The notes below the pieces were generated by a model. It did no database searches, was not told the DNA's origin, and saw only the letters and a list, made by a program, of their open reading frames with translations. A stretch of 64,000 bases of DNA from Phycisphaerales bacterium (lineage in GTDB: Bacteria > Planctomycetota > Phycisphaerae > Phycisphaerales > UBA1924), in contig OZ245777.1 in NCBI GenBank assembly GCA_965227775.1, forward strand, positions 1,696,001 through 1,760,000, written 5' to 3'. Made by a program: the position numbers and the translations under genes. Shown in pieces: positions 10,223 through 19,054 of the stretch (position 1 is the first letter of the stretch; the number at the start of each line of letters is the position of its first letter).

Positions 10223-11482
10223 TCACGCGGCTGGGATCGGGCCCGGCGTGGTGGGTCTTTCAGCACGGTGGCGGCGGAACAGCCACACGCACAGGGCAAG
10301 GAAGCCCGAGAGCAGCAGCAAGAGCAGGCCGCCGAGGATGAGCGCAACTTGGGCGATGGTCGCGCGGTGGCCGCCCAGGCCGAAGAAGCCGTTTGGCATG
10401 GCGGGCATGCTGCTGGGCTCGACCCACGCTGCGAAGAACTCTGCGTGGGTGTCGGGGTGCTGGCCTTGCTCGAGGCGCGCGGTGACGTAGGCGGTGCGGG
10501 CGGCGTGCCAGGCGTCGGCCTCAGCGCGGGCTTCGGTGTAGAAAGATTCGACTGGGGCGAGGGTGTCCAAGTGGTAGGGGTGCTCGCTGGGGTCAAAGTC
10601 CGAGAGGTCCATCTCGGGGTGCAGTGTGTCACCGCCTTCGGACAGGATCTCTTCGGCCCGCAGCCAGGCGAGGTAGGCCAGCGAGGAATCCCGTCGGTCC
10701 TGGAGGGCAAGGGCTAATGCGTGAAACACATCGAAGCTGTTCCAGCCATTGCCGAGGGCGACCAAGCCTGCGAAGCCCTCTGGCGCGTCGGCGTAGCCCG
10801 CGTCGGTGAGGGCGTTGTTGTACGAAACGCCAGGCCAGCCATCGTCAAAGTGGATGCGGTCGAGTATCGAGGTGTAGAAGCCGAATGGGTACCGGCCATC
10901 GTGAATCCCGGTCGGCTCGAGGATCCAGTCGATCGCCATGAGCTGGTATCGTTCGCGGCCAAAGTGTGCGTCGGGGTTCAGGGTGATCGCTTGATCGATC
11001 AGGTCGCGGGAGCGCTCGACGTCGGCCATGTTGGAGCGATCGGCGCCGTTGGCGAGCCAACGGTGGATGTGGAACGTCCCGAGGTTGGCCAGGTAGCGAT
11101 ACTCGTGGTCGCCCCGCACGTCGGCGTCGGGGGCGGCGCTCGGGATGACGTCGAGGGCGACACGCTTGCGGGCCATCCAGGCGATGGCTTCGTCGTAGAG
11201 CCCGAGTCGATCGCAGGAGACGGCCGCGTCGTCGTAGGCGGCAAGGTCCGCGGGATCGCGAGCGATGTCCGCCGCGGCCCGTTCGAGTCGCATCTCGTAG
11301 TAGAGCGGCGGGAATCGGTCGAAACGGCCGACGATCGTCTCGACCATGCCCGGCGCACTGGCGGCCTCGGCGCGGAGCGTGTCGCTGTCCCACAGGCAGC
11401 CGTTGTGTGCGGAGCCGCCAACGAGGAATAGTGCGGCCGCGGTTGCGAGGGCGAAGATCGAGGTGATCGCCGTGCGTGTCAT
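10223..11482 (-). CDS. Exported TPR-like protein with C-terminal membrane anchor
   Basis: N-terminal signal peptide, CLWDSDTL motif, helical TPR-like segments (AITLNPDAHFGRE), C-terminal TM followed by RRHR. Confidence 0.6.
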   Translation of the reverse strand: MTRTAITSIFALATAAALFLVGGSAHNGCLWDSDTLRAEAASAPGMVETIVGRFDRFPPLYYEMRLERAAADIARDPADLAAYDDAAVSCDRLGLYDEAIAWMARKRVALDVIPSAAPDADVRGDHEYRYLANLGTFHIHRWLANGADRSNMADVERSRDLIDQAITLNPDAHFGRERYQLMAIDWILEPTGIHDGRYPFGFYTSILDRIHFDDGWPGVSYNNALTDAGYADAPEGFAGLVALGNGWNSFDVFHALALALQDRRDSSLAYLAWLRAEEILSEGGDTLHPEMDLSDFDPSEHPYHLDTLAPVESFYTEARAEADAWHAARTAYVTARLEQGQHPDTHAEFFAAWVEPSSMPAMPNGFFGLGGHRATIAQVALILGGLLLLLLSGFLALCVWLFRRHRAERPTTPGPIPAA

Positions 11483-11562
11483 AATTGTCTGTACGGAGGA
11501 TTGTCTACGCGGTTCTTTGCAGCCCGGGCGTGTATTGTTCGGACTTTGCCGGAAACGACACC

Positions 11563-13383
11563 ATGCCAACGCTCCTCTCTGCACGCGAACTCACCAAGGT
11601 GTTCCCGTCGAAGACGCTCTTCGAGGGTGTGTCTGTGCACGTGGAGGAAGGCGAGCGGATCGGTCTGATCGGGCCCAATGGCAGCGGCAAGTCGACGCTC
11701 ATGAAGATCCTGGCGGGCGTCCAGGACGCCGACGCCGGGGAGGTGACGCGGCGTCGTGGGCTGCGGGCGGCGTACATCGATCAGGAGGATCGGTTTGCCG
11801 AGGGGGCGACGTCTTTGTCGGTGGTGCGCGATGGGCTGGCGAGCGGCGACGATCACGACACCGATGCGACAACTCGAGCGTCGATCGCGCTGACCAAGCT
11901 GGGCTTCGTGGATCTGAATCAGCCCGTCGAGACGTTGTCGGGTGGGTGGCGCAAGCGGTTGTCGATTGCCAAGGCGCTCGCGGGCGAGCCGGAACTGCTG
12001 CTGCTGGACGAGCCGACGAACCACCTGGATCTCGAGGGCGTCGTGTGGCTCGAGGGCTTCGTGCGTCAGTCGCCCATCGCGATGGTGTTCGTGACGCACG
12101 ACCGGCGATTCCTTGAGAATACGGCCACGCGGATCATCGAGCTTTCGGCGGCGTATCCGGGCGGCGCGTTCGAGGCAGTGGGCAACTACAGCACCTTCGT
12201 GCGGCGCAAGGAGGCCTTCCTCGAAGCGCAGCAGGCGGCGCAGTCGGCGATCGCGGGCAAGGTGCGGCGTGATACTGCGTGGCTGCTGCAGGGGGTGAAG
12301 GGCCGCGGCACACGCAACCAGAGCCAGGTGAAGGCCGCGGCCGAGCGGCGGCAGGAACTGAAGGACACTACGGAGCGCAACCTCGCGCCGTCGAAGACCA
12401 CGACCATCGCCTTCAACGCGACCGAGCGGCAGACCAACAAGCTGCTCACGCTGCACGCCGTGAGCAAGACGCTTGGCACCAAGCAGCTGTTTGATGGCCT
12501 GGATCTCACGCTGACGCCGGGCCAGCGGATTGGCCTGATGGGCGTCAACGGCTCGGGCAAGACCACGTTGATGAGGCTCATGTCGGGCGACATGGAGCCC
12601 GACTCGGGCACGATCAAGCGGGCGGAAGGGCTGAAGGTGGTCACGTTCAGCCAGCACCGCGAGGCGCTCGGCCAGGACCAGAGCCTGCGGGAGGCGCTGC
12701 GGCCGGTGGGTGATTTCGTGCACTATCAGGACTCGCGTGTGCATATCACCGGGTGGGCCAAGCGGTTCCTGTTCGAGCCCGAGCAGCTGCCGATGAAGAT
12801 CAAGGACCTTTCAGGCGGCGAGCAGGCGCGGGTGCTGATCGCGAATCTGATGCTGTCGCCGGCGGACGTGCTGCTGCTCGACGAGCCGACCAACGATCTG
12901 GATATTCCGTCGCTCGAGGTGCTCGAGCGGGCGCTCATGGAGTTTCCCGGCGCGATCGTGCTGGTGAGCCACGATCGATTCCTGCTCGAGCGCATCGCGA
13001 CCGAGTATGTTGCGCTTGACGGTAAGGGCAACGCGAAGTGGTTCGCGTCGATGGAGCAGTGGCAGGCGGCGGTGCTCAAGGCCGAGAAGGCCGAGGTCGA
13101 TGTCGCGAAGCCCGAGCAGGTCACGACGGCGGCTGCGAAACCGAGTGCGCCCAAGCCCGGCAAGCTGTCGTACAAGCTGCAGCGCGAGTACGACGGCATG
13201 GAGGAGGCGATCCTCGAGGCCGAGGCGAGGCTGGAAGCGCTCGAGGCCAAGGCTGCCGACCCGGCGCTCGCGAGCGATCATGAGAAGGCGGCCGTCGTGT
13301 ACGCGGACCTGAAGGACGGCCAGTTGCGCGTGAAGGCGCTGTATGAGCGATGGGCTGAGCTCGACGCGATGCGCGGCGGGTGA
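11563..13383 (+). CDS. uup: ABC-F family ATPase (Uup-like)
   Basis: Two NBDs (GPNGSGKST, LSGGW, LLLDEPTNHLD; GVNGSGKTT, LSGGE, DEPTNDLD), no TM helices, C-terminal coiled coil KLSYKLQRE...LYERW. Confidence 0.85.
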   Translation: MPTLLSARELTKVFPSKTLFEGVSVHVEEGERIGLIGPNGSGKSTLMKILAGVQDADAGEVTRRRGLRAAYIDQEDRFAEGATSLSVVRDGLASGDDHDTDATTRASIALTKLGFVDLNQPVETLSGGWRKRLSIAKALAGEPELLLLDEPTNHLDLEGVVWLEGFVRQSPIAMVFVTHDRRFLENTATRIIELSAAYPGGAFEAVGNYSTFVRRKEAFLEAQQAAQSAIAGKVRRDTAWLLQGVKGRGTRNQSQVKAAAERRQELKDTTERNLAPSKTTTIAFNATERQTNKLLTLHAVSKTLGTKQLFDGLDLTLTPGQRIGLMGVNGSGKTTLMRLMSGDMEPDSGTIKRAEGLKVVTFSQHREALGQDQSLREALRPVGDFVHYQDSRVHITGWAKRFLFEPEQLPMKIKDLSGGEQARVLIANLMLSPADVLLLDEPTNDLDIPSLEVLERALMEFPGAIVLVSHDRFLLERIATEYVALDGKGNAKWFASMEQWQAAVLKAEKAEVDVAKPEQVTTAAAKPSAPKPGKLSYKLQREYDGMEEAILEAEARLEALEAKAADPALASDHEKAAVVYADLKDGQLRVKALYERWAELDAMRGG

Positions 13384-13388
13384 GCGGG

Positions 13389-14582
13389 TTACTGCTCGAC
13401 GCCGGCAACCCAAACGCGATCAACGGGGTTCGAGCCAAAGGTGTGGGCGAGCTCGCGTTCGTTGGTGTGGTGCAGCAGGATGGCGTCGGCTGTCGCGCCT
13501 GGCGTGAGGGTGCCGTGTTCGTGGAGTCCGAGCATGCGTGATGGTGTGCGCGTTGTCGCGAGGATGGCCTCTTCGGGTGTGACGGGCGGCGAGCCGTTGA
13601 ACCGGCTGGCGTGGGCGATGGCCATCGGCATGGATGGGCAGGGGGCGCTGCCGGGGTTGAGGTTGGTGGCGATGCAGAGGCGTGCGCCAGAATCCAAGAG
13701 GGAGCGCGCGTCGGCGTATCGGCGGTCGACATGGAATCCGCTGCAAGGCAGGACGACGGCGTGAGTGTTGCTCTGTGCGACGCGTTGGAGCAGCTCTGTT
13801 GAGCTGGCTTCGAGGTGGTCGACGCTGAGGAACTCTCGTTCTAGGGCGGCCTCGACCATGCCGAAGCTGGTGAACTGATCGGCGTGGATGCGGCAGGCGT
13901 GCCCGGCGTTCTGTGCATTGTCGAAGAGTTCGAGGCACTCCTCGAGATGCCAGGCGGCGGGCTCGGCGTAGGCGTCGATGTCGATGCCTGGGAACTCGGC
14001 GGTAACGGCGGGGCGTGTCTCGTCAATCGTGGTGCGGATGAACTGTTCGCGAGGAACGTCGGGGTCGAGGGCGTGTCCGATGCAGGCGGTGGGGATGACG
14101 GTGCCGGGGAAGCGGTCGCTCGCGTCGGCAATGGCGCGGAGCATCTTGAGCTCGTGCTCGGTCGACAGGCCGTAGCCGGACTTGACCTCGACGGCGGTGG
14201 TACCGTTCGCGAGCATGGTGTGCAGGCGCTCGAGCAGCAGGTCAGTCAGCTCTTGCTGCGAGGCGGCGCGCACGGCCCGGACGGTGGACATGATGCCGCC
14301 GCCGGCCTCCAGCAGTTCGAGGTAGGAAGCCCCGGCCAGCCGTGCGGCCCACTCGTCGGTGCGGTCGCCGGCCCAGCACGCGTGGGTGTGGCAGTCGGTA
14401 AAGGCGGGCATCAGGACGCGGCCGTTGGCATCGGCGTCGGCGCGATTGGTGGGGTTGCCGGCGTGGACTTTCTCGACTCGGCCGTTCTTAAAGCGAACCC
14501 AGCCGTGCTCGATGATGCCGAGGGGGCCTTCGCCGAGGGATGGGTCGAGGGTGAGGATTCGGGCGTTGGCGATGGTGGTCAT
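13389..14582 (-). CDS. hutI: Imidazolonepropionase
   Basis: DCHTH, GGGIMSTV, EVKSGYGL, HADQF, DHLE, ATNLNPGS; ATGA overlap with hutG. Confidence 0.92.
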   Translation of the reverse strand: MTTIANARILTLDPSLGEGPLGIIEHGWVRFKNGRVEKVHAGNPTNRADADANGRVLMPAFTDCHTHACWAGDRTDEWAARLAGASYLELLEAGGGIMSTVRAVRAASQQELTDLLLERLHTMLANGTTAVEVKSGYGLSTEHELKMLRAIADASDRFPGTVIPTACIGHALDPDVPREQFIRTTIDETRPAVTAEFPGIDIDAYAEPAAWHLEECLELFDNAQNAGHACRIHADQFTSFGMVEAALEREFLSVDHLEASSTELLQRVAQSNTHAVVLPCSGFHVDRRYADARSLLDSGARLCIATNLNPGSAPCPSMPMAIAHASRFNGSPPVTPEEAILATTRTPSRMLGLHEHGTLTPGATADAILLHHTNERELAHTFGSNPVDRVWVAGVEQ

Positions 14583-15493
14583 GACCAGAACTTCTCGGTT
14601 CGCATCCCGATGCCGTGCAGGTAGGCGAGGCAGAGACGTGCCGCCAGCCGAGCCGTTCGGTCGTCGGTATCGTGCGGGGGAGACAGTTCCATGATATCGA
14701 AACACAGGCCCATGCCGAAGAGCGCAACGTCGTATGCGAAGCACTCGGCCTGCCGGGGCGAGAGGCCACAGGCGTTCTGGGCGCTCACGCCCGGGGCATG
14801 GGCGACGTCGATGGCGTCCATGTCAAGGCTAGCGAAGTGGCGGCGCCCGCTGAACACTTCTTCGGGCGGTGCCATGCCACCGCCGTTCGCTTGGAACCAC
14901 TGGTAGTGCTCGTCGGTGTTGGCTGTGAGATCGAGCCCGGCGACCGTGAGATCGCCCACGTGGCACTCTTCGATGAGTTTGCGAAACGGCATGCCCGAGC
15001 CCTTTGTTTCGCGTACGTCCAGGTGGGCATCAAGGTACACGCCCTTGAAGGGTCTCAGCTCTTCATCCAGTGTGCTCAGCACGCCGCGGACGAAGGGAAA
15101 CGTCAGGTCGTGCCCGCCGCCGAGGCCGATCGGGATGATCCCGGCTCGCGCAATCTCGGCGGAAGCCTCGCTGACGCGCCGGTGTGTTTCGTCGAGGTCA
15201 TCGCCCGCGGGCAGCACATCCCCAGCGTCGTAGACCGTCGGCCAGTCGAACAGCGCGGGCTTTGCGACCCCCATCCTCGCAAGCGAACGTCGGATCGCCC
15301 CGGGCCCTTCTTTAGCCCCCGGCCGACCGTTGTTCATCTTTACGCCCGTGTCATCGGGCATGCCAAGGATCGCCACGGCGCGCTTGCCATCCGGGTCGGG
15401 CTGGTACTCACCGATCGGTTTCACCGTGCTGGAGAAGCGGCCTGCGTGCGGCACGATCGGCGTCTGCGGCGGCGTCGCGTATGGGACTTCCAT
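14579..15493 (-). CDS. hutG: Formimidoylglutamase (arginase family)
   Basis: GRPGAKEGP, LGGGHD, DAHLD, SLDMDAID..APGVS; adjacent to hutI. Confidence 0.85.
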   Translation of the reverse strand: MEVPYATPPQTPIVPHAGRFSSTVKPIGEYQPDPDGKRAVAILGMPDDTGVKMNNGRPGAKEGPGAIRRSLARMGVAKPALFDWPTVYDAGDVLPAGDDLDETHRRVSEASAEIARAGIIPIGLGGGHDLTFPFVRGVLSTLDEELRPFKGVYLDAHLDVRETKGSGMPFRKLIEECHVGDLTVAGLDLTANTDEHYQWFQANGGGMAPPEEVFSGRRHFASLDMDAIDVAHAPGVSAQNACGLSPRQAECFAYDVALFGMGLCFDIMELSPPHDTDDRTARLAARLCLAYLHGIGMRTEKFWS

Positions 15494-15502
15494 GCGAAGA
15501 TC

Positions 15503-17278
15503 TCAGGGCGTGAAGTGCGTGGGCGAGCCGGGGCCGACGGGCAGGCCGAGCGCAAACACCCAGACGTAGAACAGGATGATCCAGCCGATGAGGAAGGCGA
15601 TCGAGTAGGGCAGCATGGTGGCGATCATCGTGCCAATGCCCAGCTTCTTGTCGTATCGCGCGGCGACGGCCAGGATGAGGCCGAAGTAGCTCATCATGGG
15701 CGTGATGATGTTGGTCGTGCTGTCGCCGATGCGGTATGCAGCCTGGATCACTTCAGGTGAGTATCCCACGCCCATGAGCATGGGCACGAAGATGGGGGCG
15801 GTCGCGGCCCACTGCGCACTCGCGCTGCCGAGCATGAGGTTGATGAAGCAGCACATCAGGATGAAGGGAATGAAGACGATCGGTGAGTCAATGCCCAGGG
15901 CCCGGATGCCGTCGGCGCCGACGACCGCGAGCATGCGTCCGAGGCCCGAGTAGTTGAACATCGCCACGAACTGCGCCGCGAAGAAGACCAGCACGATGTA
16001 GAGCCCCAGCGTGCTCATGCCGTGGGCCATCGCGTCGATGATGTCGCGGTCGTTCTTCATGCTGCCCACGGTCCTGCCGTAGATGAAGCCAGGGATGATG
16101 AAGAAGACGAAGATCATGGCGACAACGCCGCGGAGGAAGGGGCTGGGCATGAGGCCGCCGGTATCCTGGTTGCGCAGGACGCCGTAGGCGGGGAGGGCGT
16201 CGATGCGGTTGAAGGGCGAGACGGTCGGGACGCGGAGTGCCCGCTTCTCAACGGGGCCCTTGGCTTGCTCGACGAACTCGACCTGCTGCTCGGGCGTTGC
16301 CTCCATGTACTGGGTGATCGTGACGGCGGGGGGGACCTCGACCTTGTTCGTTACCAGCGGCCCAGCGATGTAGGCAAAGGCGAGGATCGTGACGAACGCC
16401 GCGACGGCGGCGTGCTTGAGGCCGCGCCACTCATCCGGGGTGAGCCTGCTGAGCGACGGATCTTTCTCCACGGACTCGTCAGCGTTCTTTGGGTCGTACT
16501 TCCCGAGGCGTGGCTCGACGATGAACGAGGTGACGGCCCAGCCGAGGATGGTGACCATGCCCACGCTGACCTGCATGAAGTACCAGTTGACCGCCGCGTG
16601 GACCTCGTAGCCCGGGCTGACGATCTGGGCGGCCTCTTGTGTGATGCCGGCGAGCAGGGGATCGATGGTGCCCAGCAGGAGGTTGGCGCTATAGCCGCCG
16701 CTCACACCAGCGAATGCGGCGGCGAGCCCGGCGTAGGGGTGCCTGCCCAGCGAGTGGAACACGACCATGGCCAGTGGGATGAGCACGACGTAACCCATCT
16801 CGCTCGCAATGTTGCTCTGCACGCCGGCAAAGACGACGACCAGCGTGACAAGCCTCGGTGGTGCGCCCAAGACCATGGCGCGGATGACGGCGCTCAGCAG
16901 GCCACTGCGCTCGGCGACTGCGACGCCCAGCAGCGCGACGAGCACGGTGCCGAGCGGGGCGAAGCTGGTAAAGTTTGTGACCAGGTTCTGCACGAGCCAG
17001 CGGAAGCCATCGCCCGAGACGATGTTGGTAGCGACGATCGTCTCTTCTTCGAAGCCGCCGCCGGGGAGCGGCCTCTCGAACACGACCTGCCAGTTGGCCC
17101 AGGCGGCGATGCCGCTGACCAGCGCGACGATGAGCGCCAGCAGGGCGAACAGCGTCACGGGATGGGGCAGGCAGTTGCCAAGCCACTCGACGATGCGAAG
17201 GAACGTCGCGAAGGCGCGCCCCGGTGCGCCCAGCACCGACTTGGATCGACCGCCTTTGGAGGGTGCTGGTTCGGGCAT
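15503..17278 (-). CDS. AbgT family transporter
   Basis: LGNCLPHPVTLF, NFTSFAPLG, GVSGGYSAN, AYRIGDSTTNIITPMMSYF, GIGTMIATMLPYS. Confidence 0.92.
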   Translation of the reverse strand: MPEPAPSKGGRSKSVLGAPGRAFATFLRIVEWLGNCLPHPVTLFALLALIVALVSGIAAWANWQVVFERPLPGGGFEEETIVATNIVSGDGFRWLVQNLVTNFTSFAPLGTVLVALLGVAVAERSGLLSAVIRAMVLGAPPRLVTLVVVFAGVQSNIASEMGYVVLIPLAMVVFHSLGRHPYAGLAAAFAGVSGGYSANLLLGTIDPLLAGITQEAAQIVSPGYEVHAAVNWYFMQVSVGMVTILGWAVTSFIVEPRLGKYDPKNADESVEKDPSLSRLTPDEWRGLKHAAVAAFVTILAFAYIAGPLVTNKVEVPPAVTITQYMEATPEQQVEFVEQAKGPVEKRALRVPTVSPFNRIDALPAYGVLRNQDTGGLMPSPFLRGVVAMIFVFFIIPGFIYGRTVGSMKNDRDIIDAMAHGMSTLGLYIVLVFFAAQFVAMFNYSGLGRMLAVVGADGIRALGIDSPIVFIPFILMCCFINLMLGSASAQWAATAPIFVPMLMGVGYSPEVIQAAYRIGDSTTNIITPMMSYFGLILAVAARYDKKLGIGTMIATMLPYSIAFLIGWIILFYVWVFALGLPVGPGSPTHFTP

Positions 17279-17363
17279 GCCCGCAGGGTACGCCGGGGGC
17301 CGGGCGTGCGAATAAACTCCTTCCAGCCGAGATTGTGTCCCGACCGAGACCCCGGAGCAGTGC

Positions 17364-18887
17364 ATGCCCAGCGAGAGCCGGCCCGCCGATCAGCATTCCG
17401 TCGCGTGCCCGGACCGCGCTCGCGAGATCTTCCTGGCGGCCGCCGATCTGGCCGCCGAGTACCTGCGTCGCAGCAACGACCCGCAGACGCCGGTGACGCT
17501 GAATCCACCGCCGAGTGCGATCCACCAGCGGGTACCGCTCAAGCTCGATGGGCCGTCCGTGCCCGTCGATACGTTGATGGAGCAGGCCCGCGACCTGATG
17601 GAGTTGTCGGTGCGCACGGGCAGCGCGAACTTCTCGAACCAACTCTTCAGTGGGTTCGACCCTGTCGCGGTCGTGGGCGAGTGGCTGACGGCGGTGATGA
17701 ACGCCTCGATGTACACCTACGAGGTCGCGCCGGCGATGACGCTGGTCGAGCGCGAGGTGATCGCGCGGATGGGCAAGGCCGTCGGCTGGACGGGCTGCGA
17801 GGGGCTCTTCACCCCGGGCGGGAGTCTCTCGAACCTGATGGCGATGCTCATGGCGCGGCAGCGGGCGCTGCCGAGGGTCAAGAGCCTGGGACTGCAAGAC
17901 TCCAGGCCGGTTGTGTTCACCTCGGCGGAGTCGCACTACTCGGTCGAGCGTGCCGCGGTCATCCTGGGCTTGGGCACCGAGGGCGTCGTGCAAGTGCCGC
18001 ACGACCGCTACGGGCGGATGCGTGTCGACGCGTTCGAGCACGCGGTGCGCCGGGTTCGCGCCGAGGGACGCCAGCCCATGATGGTCGTGGCCACGGCAGG
18101 ATCGACCGTGTTCGGCGCGTTCGACCCGATCGATGCGATTGCGGACGTTGCGGAACGTGAGGGTGTGTGGCTGCACGTCGATGGCGCGTACGGAGCGAGC
18201 GCCCTGCTGAGCGAGTCTCGGCGCGGATTGCTGGGAGGTGCCTGGCGGGCGAATTCGTTGACGTGGTGCGTGCACAAGATGCTGAACGTGCCGCTCAGTG
18301 CATCGGTCATCATCGTCCGCGAGTCGGGGCTGCTGCACCAGTGCAACGCGGTGCACGCCGAGTATCTCTACCACGCCGACAACGACGCGCCCGATCTTGA
18401 CACCGGCGAGATGAGCATCCAGTGTGGCCGGCGTGTTGACGCGCTCAAGGTGTGGCTCGCGTGGAAGGCGCGCGGCGACGCGGGCATGGCCCAGATCGTT
18501 GATCGGAAGTTCGAGCTCGCCTCGACAATGCGCGGCCTCGTGCGGGAGCGCGAGCGGTTCGAGCTTCTAAGCGATCCGGATGAGGTCGGTGGCGGGTGCA
18601 ACACGTGCTTCGTGTACCACGCGCCATCGCTGGATGGCCTGCCACCCGATCGGCGTCTGCGGGCCATCGACGCGAGCACGCATGTGCTGCGCGAGCGCGT
18701 GCGGCTGCGCGGCCGCGTGCTAACCAACTATGCGCCCGTGTTCGGCGTGCGAGCGTTCAGGCACGTTTCTGCAAACGATCGGGCGACAGAGACGGAGCTG
18801 GGGCTGATCCTCGATGAGATCGAGGCGGTGGGGCACGACCTCGACCTGCGACCGCTGGCCGACGCCGAGACCCGGCCAATTCCCTGA
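17364..18887 (+). CDS. Group II PLP-dependent decarboxylase (CSAD/GAD/aspartate decarboxylase-like)
   Basis: NQLFSG, YTYEVAP, PGGSLSN, ATAGSTVFGAFDP, HVDGAYG, VHK (PLP lysine), IQCGRRVDALKVW. Confidence 0.88.
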   Translation: MPSESRPADQHSVACPDRAREIFLAAADLAAEYLRRSNDPQTPVTLNPPPSAIHQRVPLKLDGPSVPVDTLMEQARDLMELSVRTGSANFSNQLFSGFDPVAVVGEWLTAVMNASMYTYEVAPAMTLVEREVIARMGKAVGWTGCEGLFTPGGSLSNLMAMLMARQRALPRVKSLGLQDSRPVVFTSAESHYSVERAAVILGLGTEGVVQVPHDRYGRMRVDAFEHAVRRVRAEGRQPMMVVATAGSTVFGAFDPIDAIADVAEREGVWLHVDGAYGASALLSESRRGLLGGAWRANSLTWCVHKMLNVPLSASVIIVRESGLLHQCNAVHAEYLYHADNDAPDLDTGEMSIQCGRRVDALKVWLAWKARGDAGMAQIVDRKFELASTMRGLVRERERFELLSDPDEVGGGCNTCFVYHAPSLDGLPPDRRLRAIDASTHVLRERVRLRGRVLTNYAPVFGVRAFRHVSANDRATETELGLILDEIEAVGHDLDLRPLADAETRPIP

Positions 18888-18946
18888 TATCGCTGCCTGA
18901 GCGTCACCGACCGTGTGATAACCGGGTGAATTGCGGCCACGGCGTG

Positions 18947-18975
18947 TTGCGCGGCTGACGTTGTTGCTGTATGCT
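18947..18975 (+). promoter_or_regulatory. Candidate sigma-70 promoter
   Basis: TTGCGC-N17-TATGCT about 80 nt upstream of the ATG at 19055. Confidence 0.4.
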
Positions 18976-19054
18976 GGGATGCGGAAGCGCGGGAAACCCG
19001 CGTCCGCTGCAAACGTGCAAACCCGATCTCGACGAGAGCAGAGGAGATGAGCTG

